Shown here: positions 15,560-27,530 of the stretch, one piece after another
Position numbering within the stretch: the stretch's first letter is position 1
How the letters are laid out: every line of letters starts with the position of its first letter
DNA from: Eledone cirrhosa
Taxonomy: Eukaryota
Assembly (NCBI GenBank): GCA_964016885.1
Contig: OZ024741.1
Location: 116,126,001-116,190,000 of the forward strand
Length of the DNA stretch: 64,000 nucleotides
Direction of reading: 5' to 3'
Notes under the pieces: model-generated
The model's database searches: none
What the model saw: the letters and a program-made list of their open reading frames with translations, nothing else
Told to the model about the DNA's origin: nothing
Translations under genes and position numbers: made by a program

Positions 15560-15717
15560 CCAAAGATGGTAGACCACTCAGTCCAAAGGACGCGTTGGGT
15601 AAAGAGTTAGTTCCACAACAATTACAAAACCATACTTGAGAACACGCATTTCAATTTGTGTATGGTGAAACGCATATTCTCGAGTATGGTTTTGTAATTG
15701 TTGTGGAATTAACTCTC
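15560..15717. mobile_element. PLE pLTR remnant with a short inverted duplication, related to family B
   Basis: 15603-15652 is inverted relative to 15666-15717. Resembles the 8950-9035 end. Retains only GAAA-stem III-TT-stem I of the hammerhead. Confidence 0.6.
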
Positions 15718-16619
15718 TTTCTTTTTTTCTCTCTCTCTCTCTGTAATATCAACACGATGAGTCCCGGGGAGATAATACAAATTCTTACACGCTAAACTAG
15801 AGTTGCTTCCCTTGTTAAACAAAATTGTACATAACTCTGGAATCTATTCTCACTCCTGATTCATTTGCTTATTTACACAATCGAGGGTTTCTGAAGAATG
15901 AACATGTCCACTCAAGAAACCCCTAATACAAAATCTTGTAAGATCTAAATATAGTCAATGAATTATCTAAATCATACCCTACTTGTATTGAGTGCTACTT
16001 CTTTCATTCGTCAACATTATAGATATATCTATATGTATGTGTATATCATCATCACACACATATATATTATCATCACGATTTAACGTCCATTTTCCACACT
16101 AGTATGTGTAGGACTATATATATAGCTCAAGAATAGACTAGCCTAACACAAAGATGCAAAACCACAATGTCTTATTAGTTTCATGCTTTATATATATATA
16201 TACATAAGCATTTTATGTCTGCTTTTCCATGCTTTCATTGGTTAGACAAGTCTTTTTCAGCACAGCCTCCACTTGTAGTGTCCTTTCGTCATCCCCCTGT
16301 ATATATTTGTGTGTGTGTGTGTGTGTATATGATGATGATATATATATATATGTGTGTGGGTTTTTTTTCTTCACAATGCTTTTTTCCATTTTTCCCCATT
16401 CTTTACTCTCATCACTTTTTACTTTCTATTTCTAACACTATCTTCTGATAAAGGACTAGTGTCCAAAACGTTAAGACTCTCTTCCTGCTATTTCAAGCGT
16501 TAAACTAATATATTTCTCCCATGAACAGTGCCATTTGTTTTGTTATTTTTGTTATTTGTTTACCTTTTACATGCTAGCATGAAAAATGGACGTTAAACGG
16601 TGATGATGATGATACATAA

Positions 16620-16652
<33 letters not shown>

Positions 16653-16671
16653 GAAGAAAAAAAAAAAAAAA

Positions 16672-18933
16672 CATCCCAAAAGTGCAATTTGGGAGACTCC
16701 AGCAGTCCGTCTTGCCAGAAAAGAACGGCACAATGCTGAACGTGAGTACAAACTTCACAAATCAGACATTAATAGGAAGAGGCGAAATAGATCGTCCAAC
16801 CACCTCAAACAGGTGACAAAAAAGGCAGTGCTTCAATTTGAGCAGCGCATAGCAACCAGCCCTGACAGTAAGGTGTTCTGGAAGTATGTTCACTCAAAGC
16901 AGAGGCCTCACTCTCCAGTTGGTCCTCTTCGCAATCCCCACACAAGCCAGGTTACTGACGACCCCAAGCAATGCGCAGCGCTCATTGCTGAATGCTATGC
17001 AGGCATTTTCACTATTGAAGACCAGAGTGTACCATCTCCACCACCTATGACACCGGACTCTATTACAACCATGGAATTTACCTGCAATGCTGCGACGTCA
17101 CCTAAAAAATAAACGCAACCATGCCTCTCCTGGTCTTGATGGTGTTACGTACCTGCTTCTTAAACGTGGTGGGTACTTCCTTCTGCACCAGTTATCACGC
17201 TTCTTCCAATTCTGTCTGAACAACAGTGCTACTCCAGAACAGTGGAAAACTGCCAGTGTCATTCCTCTGTTCAAAAAGGGTGACCGCACATCACCTGTGA
17301 ACTATCGTCCAGTCAGTCTTACTAGTTGCATTGCCAAACTGATGGAATCCTGTGTCAGAGAAACACTTTGGAACTTCTGGAGCTCTCACAGTCTTATCCG
17401 GCCCTCGCAATTTGGATTTATCCCCAACTCCAGTTGCTGTGATCAACTTATAGAGTTTCTTGAGGACATCACCCGGATCACTGATGGCGGCTCATGGGTG
17501 GATGTTGTTTACCTTGACTTTGCGAAAGCCTTCAATTCTGTGCCACACAAAAGGCTTATGGCTAAACTCTCTGCAATGGGTGTGAAGGATGATCTTTTTA
17601 ACTGGTTGAAGTCCTTCATTCTCAGTCGAAGAGAGGTAGTCACGGTTCTGGGACAGCATTCCTCACCATATGAGATGTCATCTGGTGTACCACAGGGATC
17701 TGTTATTGGCCCCCTTTTGTTTGTGGCATATATTAATGACATAGATGCCAACTTAAAGAATGCCACGATACTAAAGTACGCAGACGACATCAAGCTGTAC
17801 CTTGAGATGAAAAGGACAGATCCTGAATACTATAGATCTTGCTTGCAATCTGACCTGGACACAATGCAACAATGGATCTCAGACTGGCAACTCAAGCTAA
17901 CTGTGGACAAGTGCACCACCATGCATTTTGGGAGTAAAAACCCAGCGTCCACATACTCCCTCCACAGCACTAATATCAAGAAGTCTTCTTGTGAACATGA
18001 CCTGGGCATTACGGTCAGCAGCGATTTGCGTTGGACGAAGCATGTCTCTAAAATTGTCAAGAGGGCCGAGGGTGTCTTAGCATCACTCAGCAAGACCTTT
18101 GTCAGCCACTCTCCAGATATCTATTTAAGGCTGTACATGGCTATGGTGCGGCCACACTTAGAATTTGTATCACCAGTCTGGAACCCCTATCTTGCTCAGA
18201 ACATTGACCGTCTGGAAACTGTTCAGACCTGCAACCAAGCGAATACCCTCCATCAGGCATCTACCATATTCTGAGCGCCTTGCTTCCCTGGGCATGGATA
18301 CATTGAAGCTCCGACATCTGGCAACTGACTTGGTAAACACCCACAAAATTGTTAACCATCTTGCCAACAACAACCCTGAGTACCTTTTTGATTTCCATGT
18401 GTCTAACACGCGTGGACATGCCCACAAAGTCAGAAAACAGCACAGTTCCCATGACTTTCAGCTCAGAGTTGCTGAAGCATGGAACAAACTACCTGCATCA
18501 GTTGTTAGCTGTCGAGACACTGCATCCTTTAAGGCCTCCATGCTTCCCGAGATCCGCCAACACTACAGCTAATGTTCCCCCTCCATACACATACACACAT
18601 GTATACCATGACTCATACACTATTCACTTCCCTGACATTTGTGTATTATTCTATGTACTATACATACATGGCGATGATTTGGCAGTATCGGTAGAAGGTC
18701 GGACGCCATGCTTTCCAGAATAGTTACGTCCCTTTACGATCTGAGTTCAAATCCCGTCGAGGTTAACTTTGCCTTTCATCCTTACGGGGTCGATAAAATA
18801 AAGTACCAGTAATGCACTGGGTAATTGCTGGCCTTGTGCCAAACGTAGAAACAATTCTATGTACTATACATACACCTTTGATGAGTTGTAGTGCACCTAA
18901 GCACTTTACACAATAATTTCATTATTATTATTA
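16672..18933 (+). mobile_element. CR1-clade LINE, 5'-truncated and frameshifted, with (ATT)n tail; 3' UTR interrupted by a SINE
   Basis: ORFs 16813..17112, 17087..18274 (YLDFAKAF, GVPQGSVIGP, YADD) and 18165..18572 (LPYSERLASLG, CR1-type C-terminus). Confidence 0.9.
18669..18853 (+). mobile_element. tRNA-derived Deu/Nin-like SINE with a 21-bp TSD
   Basis: ATTCTATGTACTATACATACA at 18648-18668 and 18854-18874. A box TGGCAGTATCGG, B box GAGTTCAAATCC. Confidence 0.9.
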
Positions 18934-19282
18934 TATATGAAAACAGGGAGAAAGAGACGATTATGAGGAAGAAAAATTTTTTTTTTTCCTCTTTTGTTTC
19001 TCTCTCTCTCTTTTTTCTGGGTTAGAAAATGATTAAAACGAAATGTTATATTTAGTGTGAAGTGTTAAGGTATTAGTTGATTTATTTATTATTTAACAAT
19101 GGCATTTATTTATCTATTTATATATTTAATTATTGTCTATTACCGGTTTCAGCATTTATATGCATTATCAAATGATAGTGAAATGTATAAGTGTGGTGTC
19201 GCACATGTTAAACAGAAGGTGCAGAAAGAATAATGTTATATACAAACAAGGTTTAAGAAGTGAAAAGAAAAAAGAAAAAGGA

Positions 19283-19313
<31 letters not shown>

Positions 19314-19466
19314 TATTTGTGTGTGTGTATATATATATAAGATACAAAGCTTTTTCAGCTTTTGTTTACAAACAGCAGAGATTTATAGCTCCAAAATTAT
19401 TTAGGCTAATTTACATAGTCAAAATACAATGGTGGCACTGTTTTCACTATCTAATATATGTCTATA

Positions 19467-19730
19467 CAGTGGAACCTCAGCTCAGGAAAATTTTTCAAAA
19501 CATAAACGACTCAGTTGATGAACGCTGTCTCGAGTAACGAACACGCAAGCCGACAATAATGGTTGGCAACAAGCTGGGAGTATCAGCAAGAAAGTGTCAC
19601 TTGTGTAGTTAGTCACTATGGTGATATCTGTCTTTCACAGTCTCTTTCTCACTGTATTTCTCTCTCAACATTCTGTATGGGAAAAATAGTTTCGATTTAC
19701 AAATTAAGTTTGTGAACTGAGGTTTCACTG
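19467..19730. mobile_element. Tigger/pogo-like MITE
   Basis: TA|CAGTGGAACCTCAGCTCA ... TGAACTGAGGTTTCACTG|TA. Confidence 0.75.
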
Positions 19731-19750
19731 TATATGTATCTACATGTATA

Positions 19751-22700
19751 TCATCATCATCATCATCATTTTACGTCCGCTTTTCCCTGCTTGCAAGGGT
19801 GGGACGGGTCTTATTCAGCACAGCATCTCTCCACTCGTCACGGTCCCTCGTCATCTCCACCGTGAGCTTCAATGATCTGAGGTCTGTTCTCACCACCTCT
19901 GCCCATGTTTTTCGTGGTCTACCTCTACCACGTCTTCCTTCAACTGGCATTTCCTGGCACTTCTTCACCCATCGGTCATCCTCCATGCGCATCACATGTC
20001 CATACCACCTCAGTCTCCTCTCCCGTACACTACATTCTATCCCTCTCAGACACAGTTTCTCTCTCAACACATTTATGCTGGGTCGTTCACGCACATTTAC
20101 ACTGCACATCCAACGGAGCATGCTTGCCTCATTTCTCTCCAGCCGTCGCATATCCTCAGCGGTTGCTGCCCATGTCTCACTACCATGCAGCATCGCGCTC
20201 CTCACACAGGCATCATACAACCGGCCTTTCGTACGCAGGGAGAAACCCTTCTTCGTCAACAGAGGAAGCAGCTCCCTAAACTTCTTCCAACCCGTCCTTA
20301 TTCTAGATACTATGGCCTCGGAACACCCTCCTCCCATGCTAATCTGATCTCCTAGGTACCGGAAGCTATCCACCACTTCTATAGCGCCCTCTCGCATTTG
20401 AAAAATGTGTCTATCAGTGCGACTTCTACTGTCTAATTTCCCTGTACATCTACTGCATACATATTTCTCCCTACCTGTTAGTTTGCCTGCTATCCCGCTA
20501 CATCTCTTGTGTACCCAGGACCTGCATTGTGTGCATTTTATAGAATTTATGCCAGTTCCTTTTCTGCATATCGAACATGGCCATTTCCCTGACGGAATCA
20601 GGGTTTTGTCCTCTTTTCTACTCATTAACACTTTTGTCTTAGCTAGATTTACTCTCAGTCCTCTTGCTTCCAACTGCTGTTTCCATAGCCGGAATTTATT
20701 CTCTAGCTCCTCTACTGATTCTGCCATAAGAGCCAGATCGTCAGCATAGAGAAGTTCCCATGGACAGCCAGTCTTAAACTCCTCTGTTATGGCTTGGAGG
20801 ACTATAATGAACAAGAGCGGGCTGAGGACCGAACCCTGATGCACTCCTACTTGTATCTGGAATTCCTCACTAAACTCCATTCCTACCCTGACTTTACTGA
20901 GAGTACCTCTGTACAAAGTTTGCACTGTCCTCACAAGCCATTCCTCAACACCCAGCTTCCTTAGGGACCACCAGATGATAGATCGGGGTACCCTATCAAA
21001 GGCCTTCTCTAGGTCAACAAAGGCTAAGTATAGTGGCTTATTCTTCTCTAAGAACCTCTCTTGCATTTGTCTCACCAAGAAGAGGGCATCTGTTGTACTC
21101 TTCCCAGGCACAAAACCAAACTGCATCTCATCTAGTTTGACCCTTTCTCTAATTAGTTGTGCTAAAATCCTTTCTGCCACTTTCATAACCTGATCTATCA
21201 GTTTTATACCCCTATAATTGCTCCTCTCCAAAGCATCCCCTTTACCTTTGTAGCAATTTATGAGAATACTGCTGCACCAGTCTTTGGGTATGACACCACC
21301 ATATATAGCCTGATTGATGATGCGTGCAACCAGTTTAGTGCCTACGTCCCCTGATGCCTTCAGCATCTCAGCAACTATTCCCGATGGTCCGGCCGCCTTA
21401 CCATTTTTCATTTCCCTAATCGCCTCTTGGACCCTATATTCGTCAATCTCAATAGCTGGTCCCTCTGTCGGATCTACCAAGGGTAATTTCTCTCTCTCCC
21501 ATTCGTTCTCCACATTCATCAGTCTCTCATAATGACATTTCCAGGTCTCCTTTTTCTGGTCATTCGTGACACTAAGTACACCGGCATCATCCCGGACACA
21601 TTTATCACCAACAACATCCTGATTTGCATTGACACACTGCCTTGCAATGTGGAACACCGCACGCCTCTGATCTTCCCGTCGCAGAACATTGGCAAACCTC
21701 CTACTCTCTGCCTCCCTGCGTGCTAAGTACACCTGACGTCTAGCTTCTCTCTTAGTGGCTGTATATTCTTCCCTACTCCCACCCTTTTTCCAAGCCTTCC
21801 ATGCTAGTCTTTTGTCTCTAATAGCCTTATCTACTGTGCTGTTCCACCACCAGGTCACTCTCTGTCTGGTTGGAGCTCTGCTCCAGCCACAGGTTTCATC
21901 AGTAGCCTGCAGCAAGTTGTCACGTAAGAACTTCCAGTTATTATCTATGTCATACGTCTCTAAATCGTCTTCTTTTTCGTCATATACATCTTGAAGGGCT
22001 TTCCTAAATTTGAATTTTAGTGAAAGGTCTTTTAGCTTCCAGACCTTTCTTCTCCACACCTTCCTATATGTCTCATTCCATCTCTTGCTTACTGAGATAT
22101 CACTAACAACTAACCTATGCTGTGGGGTACATTCTTCCCCAGGGTATGCCTTGGTATTAGACACTATCTGCCTGTCCCGCTGCCTAACTAGCAGGAAGTC
22201 AATCTGGCTTATGTGCTCACCAGATTTGTAGGTTATTAGGTGATTGGCAGGTTTCTGGAAGTTTGTGTTGCAAATAGTCAATGTACTTGCATCACAAAAT
22301 TCAAGAAGTCTCACTCCTTCTTCATTTCTTGAACCGTAACCGTGCCCACCATGTACCCCAGTGTAACCATCCTGGAGCTGTCCAACATGACCATTGAAGT
22401 CTCCTGCTAGCATAACGATGTCTCCGTCCTCTGTCATTGTGGTTGTTTGCAAAAGTTGCTCATAAAAGCAGTCTTTCTCATCTTTGCCTAGGCCTGCTTG
22501 GGGAGCATAGACCGAGATGATTGTCAGTAGTCTCCTACCTACAACTAATCTAAGCTTAATTATTCGATTACTAACTCGAACTACCTCTATTGTCTTATTG
22601 ATCCATTTCTCAGCCAGGAAAATGCCTACTCCCCCTAACCCATCATCCTTACCTACCCAGAATAGCTTATAGCTTAGACGCTTGCCTACGACTAGTCTCG

Positions 22701-23015
22701 CAGAGGCACCTCTCCATCTCACCTCTTGCACGCAGCATACATCCACCTGCCTTCTCTCCAGCATCTCCGCTATTTCAGCAGATCTACCTCTGAGAGTGCC
22801 AACATTAAGTGTTGCAACTCTGAGATGCGACGTCTTCATATTTTTCTATGCTGTTTTGTTGCTGTGCTGATAAGCTTTTTGGCATTGATACACTGGTTGG
22901 ATGCCCTTCCTAACACCAGCGCCACTTTACAGCATGGACTGGGTGCTTTTATTTGTGCCACCAGCACTAGAGAGGATGTCTTACTAGACTCAAGGGCCCT
23001 CTCTACCCCTCCATT
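19751..23015 (-). mobile_element. Apparently full-length RTE LINE
   Basis: About 175-nt 5' UTR, an uninterrupted 1022-aa ORF, and a stop codon followed directly by an (ATG)n tail. Confidence 0.95.
19771..22839 (-). CDS. RTE ORF: AP endonuclease plus reverse transcriptase with an embedded PHD-like finger
   Basis: APE motifs TLNV, VQE, YAP, GDFNGH, IDF, PQH. RT motifs QFGF, FVDLEKAFD, QGSVLSP, YADD, YLG. Cys cluster CSIC-x9-CTQC-x3-H-x2-C-x13-CSRC. Confidence 0.95.
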   Translation of the reverse strand: MKTSHLRVATLNVGTLRGRSAEIAEMLERRQVDVCCVQEVRWRGASARLVVGKRLSYKLFWVGKDDGLGGVGIFLAEKWINKTIEVVRVSNRIIKLRLVVGRRLLTIISVYAPQAGLGKDEKDCFYEQLLQTTTMTEDGDIVMLAGDFNGHVGQLQDGYTGVHGGHGYGSRNEEGVRLLEFCDASTLTICNTNFQKPANHLITYKSGEHISQIDFLLVRQRDRQIVSNTKAYPGEECTPQHRLVVSDISVSKRWNETYRKVWRRKVWKLKDLSLKFKFRKALQDVYDEKEDDLETYDIDNNWKFLRDNLLQATDETCGWSRAPTRQRVTWWWNSTVDKAIRDKRLAWKAWKKGGSREEYTATKREARRQVYLARREAESRRFANVLRREDQRRAVFHIARQCVNANQDVVGDKCVRDDAGVLSVTNDQKKETWKCHYERLMNVENEWEREKLPLVDPTEGPAIEIDEYRVQEAIREMKNGKAAGPSGIVAEMLKASGDVGTKLVARIINQAIYGGVIPKDWCSSILINCYKGKGDALERSNYRGIKLIDQVMKVAERILAQLIRERVKLDEMQFGFVPGKSTTDALFLVRQMQERFLEKNKPLYLAFVDLEKAFDRVPRSIIWWSLRKLGVEEWLVRTVQTLYRGTLSKVRVGMEFSEEFQIQVGVHQGSVLSPLLFIIVLQAITEEFKTGCPWELLYADDLALMAESVEELENKFRLWKQQLEARGLRVNLAKTKVLMSRKEDKTLIPSGKWPCSICRKGTGINSIKCTQCRSWVHKRCSGIAGKLTGREKYVCSRCTGKLDSRSRTDRHIFQMREGAIEVVDSFRYLGDQISMGGGCSEAIVSRIRTGWKKFRELLPLLTKKGFSLRTKGRLYDACVRSAMLHGSETWAATAEDMRRLERNEASMLRWMCSVNVRERPSINVLREKLCLRGIECSVRERRLRWYGHVMRMEDDRWVKKCQEMPVEGRRGRGRPRKTWAEVVRTDLRSLKLTVEMTRDRDEWRDAVLNKTRPTLASREKRT

Positions 23016-23147
23016 TGTATATATCTATGTGTATATATATGAGTATGTGTATACATATATTATATATATATAGATGTACACACACAATATATAGATAAAT
23101 AGATAGATACATCAAGTTATATATGCATAAATATATGATTTACTCAC

Positions 23148-23297
23148 TGAAGGAAGCCAGCAGATTGGGGCTCATAATTTTCAGCTTCACTAGGAATTTC
23201 ACTGCGTACCACAACCATCCTTAACCAGTCGCAGTTCTTTGTTGCTTGTCTCAAGTCGTTTTCATTGCATATGTATACACCATTTACTTCGAGTACC
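23148..23297 (-). CDS. Host gene exon: C-terminal half of the PDZ domain (RVLEVNGVYICNENDLRQATKNCDWLRMVVVR...)
   Basis: 150 nt, phase 2 to 2, donor CA|gtgagt. Lies within ORF 23144..23353. Confidence 0.85.
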
Positions 23298-23777
23298 CTT
23301 CTCATTTCAAATCCAGACATCGCAGCAAATTTTAATAAAACAAATTTAAACAAAGAAAAACAAAGAAAATTATTGGGAAATTTAATGACAAAAATGTAAC
23401 AATTGGAACATTTTTTTTTACTCTCAAAATATCATTTTTCTCCTTCAAAATATTTTTTCTCTCCTTCAAAAATTCTTTTTTTACCTTCCTTCAAAATATA
23501 TTTTTTCCTCTTCAAAATATATTTCCAAATACAATTAACTATTTAGCTAGATGAAATTTCCAGAGATGAAAAACAAAACTTACTTCAAACATAACATAAC
23601 AAAAGAAAATTTTTAAAAAAATAAAGTGAAGCGAGAACATATGATGAGAAGAAATAATATAGAAATATATTTTACAGACTCCCATGCGAACTTTACAGTA
23701 AAATATGCAACATATGTTTTAAGATATATATATAAAAAAAAAGAGAAAAGAACCAGTCAAATGGAGATTGTGTCTAC

Positions 23778-23941
23778 CTGTCTCCTGGATTGATTTCAAG
23801 GCCTCGAGCCTCATTAATCAGCACATGTCCTTGCTCTGTAGTTTCCACATTAAACTCAAAGTGTGAGTTTTCCGGTCGGCTCACATCGATGCAGCACACT
23901 TCTTTTCTCTTCTCAAGGCTGAGGAGTTCATACAGTGACAC
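23778..23941 (-). CDS. Host gene exon: N-terminal half of a PDZ domain (...HFEFNVETTEQGHVLINEARGLEINPGD(R)); an alternative in-frame acceptor at 23998 is possible
   Basis: Donor CAG|gtaga, phase 0 to 2. Joined to the next exon it gives GDRVLEVNG, the PDZ GD-x-[IV]-L-x-[IV]-NG signature. Confidence 0.8.
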
Positions 23942-24184
23942 CTGGCGAGTCACACACTGTTTTGTGGTGGTAGGTAGGGGAACACAACTATCAAAATTCT
24001 GTCTACACTTTTACATACTGGTTAGCACACAAAAGTAATTTTTACTCTTATTATTATCATTATTATTATTATTTTCCTCTCAGGATATATATATGTGTGT
24101 GTATATATATACAAATATATGTTTATATATTTGCCTGCTTGTATACATACATATATATCATATATATATATAGTTACACAAGCA

Positions 24185-24232
<48 letters not shown>

Positions 24233-24233
<1 letters not shown>

Positions 24234-24690
24234 CATCATCACCACTTAACGTCCATTTTTCCACGCTGGCATGGGTTAGATGAGTTATCCTGTTGTGTGC
24301 AATGTTAGGTCACGTGGCCATGTCATGCTCATACAGAACTGATTTTGGGCTTGGTTTCTACAGCTGGATGCCTTTCCTAGCGCCAACCTCATTTACAGTG
24401 AGTACTGTGCTTTTTGTCGTGACACCTACACAACCACTTTACAGTGTCAGCTCAGCAAAAAGTGCCCAGTCCACACTGTAAAGTGGTCGTGTAGGAGTCA
24501 CAACAAAAAGCACTCAGGACTCACTATAAATGAGGTTCACGCTAGGGAGGGCATCCAGTTGAAGAGACCAAGCCAAAAATCGGTTCTGTATGAGCATGAC
24601 ATGGCCACCTGACCTAGCATTGCTCACAAGATAACTCGTCTAACCCATGCCAACATGAAAAAAAAAACGTTAAACAGTGATGATGATAAT
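24233..24690. mobile_element. Head-to-head inverted pair of RTE-related non-autonomous elements
   Basis: About 24237-24447 is an imperfect reverse complement of about 24470-24690. Both outer ends carry the AACCCATGC...ACGTTAA..TGATG tail. Confidence 0.75.
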
Positions 24691-24853
24691 GATATATACA
24701 TGTACATATATGCCTGCTTGTATAACTATATATATATATATATCTGATAAAGTTATATCTGTATGTAGCCAAGATTATGTAAATGTTTTTGTAAAATTAT
24801 TCAAAAAATTTACATTCACATTTATGTACTCTCAGTTACTTCTATACTGTATG

Positions 24854-24904
<51 letters not shown>

Positions 24905-24971
24905 TACATACATATATAGATATATAGATAGATATAACTTTGTTTACTTCATCTGCTTTGTGCACAGCTTG

Positions 24972-25022
<51 letters not shown>

Positions 25023-25204
25023 CTTTTTTCTCTCTTTCTTAGTTTTCAAAACAGAAAGAATATTAAATTAAAGAAAGTAGCAAAAAACCATCTAATTAGC
25101 AACACAAAGAATTCCAGAGAGAATAAGAAAAGCGCATTACAATAAGTTTTGTATTTTTCTTTTTTTTTTCTATTTTTCTTTTCTCAATAAAGAGAAGTTT
25201 TTAA

Positions 25205-25403
25205 CCCTTTTGATACCAAACCACCTAATACTAACCCCAGTTTTTATGTTTTATGACACAAAACTCTTTGTTTTAAACACCAACTTAATAACTGGTAAAT
25301 TTTTTATTTTACTAAATCCCTCCAAATTTTGTATTATTTTCAAAATATATTTTTGAAAATCAAAAGCAATATTTTATTTTAGAAATATATGGTAACAAAA
25401 GGG
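25205..25403. mobile_element. piggyBac-type MITE (second family)
   Basis: TTAA|CCCTTTTGATACC ... GGTAACAAAAGGG|TTAA. Confidence 0.7.
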
Positions 25404-27092
25404 TTAAAGAACATCAAATGAAATCAAAATACTTTGACAATGTAAGTTCAAGCAAAGAAGAATATTTTTGCTTTGTATTATGCATAAAACCAAATCTACA
25501 CACAAACAGGTAAAAGTGAAAAAAAGCTTTAAAAGCAAACTAAAGTAATTTTTTTTATTATTTAGAATTAACTGGTCATAAAATAAACCTGCTGAAAATT
25601 TATTTTAAAAACAAATTTTTTTCAAGGTTTTGAGTGAATTTTCTTTATGATTAGTTCTAATTTGTAAATCCAGATTTGTTCATTTGTATTTTTAATTTTG
25701 ATTTTTAGGTAATTTTAGTATATCGTGGCAAATTGGCACGGTCATTAGAGCATCAAATTGAATGCCTCAGTATTTGTTCCAGTTCTCCATGTTGTGTGTT
25801 TAAGTCTCAACAGTGTCAACTTTGCTTTTCATCCTTTTGGAGTTGATAAATAAAGTACCAGTCAAAGGACCATGGGTTGGCAGAATTATTAAAAAGTCAG
25901 AGGTAATGTTTTACAGAATCTGTTTTGGCTGTGTGTGTTCTGATTCCAATCTTGCCTTCTGTCACAAGAAAAATGGTGACTCTTCTGCGAGGAGTTGCAA
26001 CTTACAGATATCAGCAATGGGAAGACCAATGGAAACATTGTCTCCTTGGTCCAATCTAACAATTGGCTTCTTTCTTATTTTAGTATAAGGGATTGTCTTT
26101 TGTGTGTGTGTTGTAGTTAGCTACCTTATATATGCTGTGTGTATCTGGTTTAGAATAGGTATGCCATACCCTTCATGAGAAGCAACTAAAGTGGCTGATT
26201 CTAGGAAGGGCATCTAGGCATAAAACATTGCATCAAAAAGGACTCCATGTCATGGAGCCCACCACAAGGCTTCAGACCTCATTGTGGGAGATCTCTACCA
26301 AAAATCTCAGAATACCAGGATACCATAGCAAGAATCACTGCAAGGACCTACAAACCTTGATGAGAAACAAGTTGTGCTTGCTGTCACACCTAAGGGCGGT
26401 GGATAAGATAAGATAAGGCTAATACTTGCTTTATCAGGGAAAATGGCATTAAGATGCTTGTTGTTGTTAGTTATCTTGTATGTATATTATGGCTGATTGA
26501 AATATTTTGCTATCTTTTTAAGCTAAACTACACCATTAACTCTTGTAGAATCTTGAAATATTCACCCAGTTTATTTAGCATCAACATTCTAGGAAGTATC
26601 TTACCTTTGATAATACATATACACAAACATACATTAATAGTGGCATAGGACCACTATGTGACCGTTTGCTTACTATGAATATAATAATTCCAACTAGTAT
26701 GATATTTAATAAGACATTCACATGTAAGAAGTGGGAGGCTAATGTCCGAGAGGTCATTGTCTACCCAGTTTTTTGCTGGTCTTTGCCTCCTCCTTCTTCC
26801 AGCAAATTCTCTATGTCCAAACCATGTCAGGAATCGGTTGCAGATCTTCTCCACAATAATAATGTTCACCAGATCTAATGTCATTAGAATACTTTCATTA
26901 GATATTCTATGTTGCTTTGTGTGTGACACCTACAATGACCTACAATTACCATATTTCAAAGACTTGGTCTCTTAGAGTCCATGTTTTGGCATCCTAAATG
27001 GCAATCAACAGGATGAAGGTTTCATACAGATATATCTTTAGATGGTGGCCTATTTATCTGTTTTGCCACACTGCCTATTTCAGTCTGTTGAA

Positions 27093-27530
27093 ATCATCAT
27101 CATTTTTACGTCTGTTTTTCCACAGATGCATGGGTTGATGTGTCCTTCTCAGCACAGCATCTCTCCACTCACTGCGTTCCTCCATCATCTCCTCCATGAG
27201 TCTCAGCAATTTCAGATCAACTCTCACCACCTCTGCCCAGGTCCTTCATCTACTTCTAACATGGTTTCCTTCCACAAGGATTTCCTGGCACTTCTTCACC
27301 CAGTGATCATCACCCATGCACATTACATGTCCATACCAATGCAGTCTTTGCTCATACACACTACTTCTGATTCCTCTTAAACCCAGTTCCTCCCTCAGTT
27401 CATCCAAGCTCTGCCTTTCTCTCATATTTACACTGCACATCCAACAAAGCATGGTTGCTTCATTTCTCTCCAGCCTACACATGTCCTCTGCAGTCACTGC
27501 CCATGTCTCAATTACCATGCAGCATCATAC
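27093..27530 (-). mobile_element. Degenerate RTE 3' fragment
   Basis: ORF 27246..27518 (ETWAVTAEDMCRLERNEATMLCWMC...WYGHVM) matches the RTE C-terminus. Confidence 0.85.

Noticed and set aside
22840-23015. HDV-like ribozyme in the RTE 5' UTR
   Set aside because: Hairpins are present (AGAGAGG/CCTCTCT), but I could not build the nested double pseudoknot by eye.
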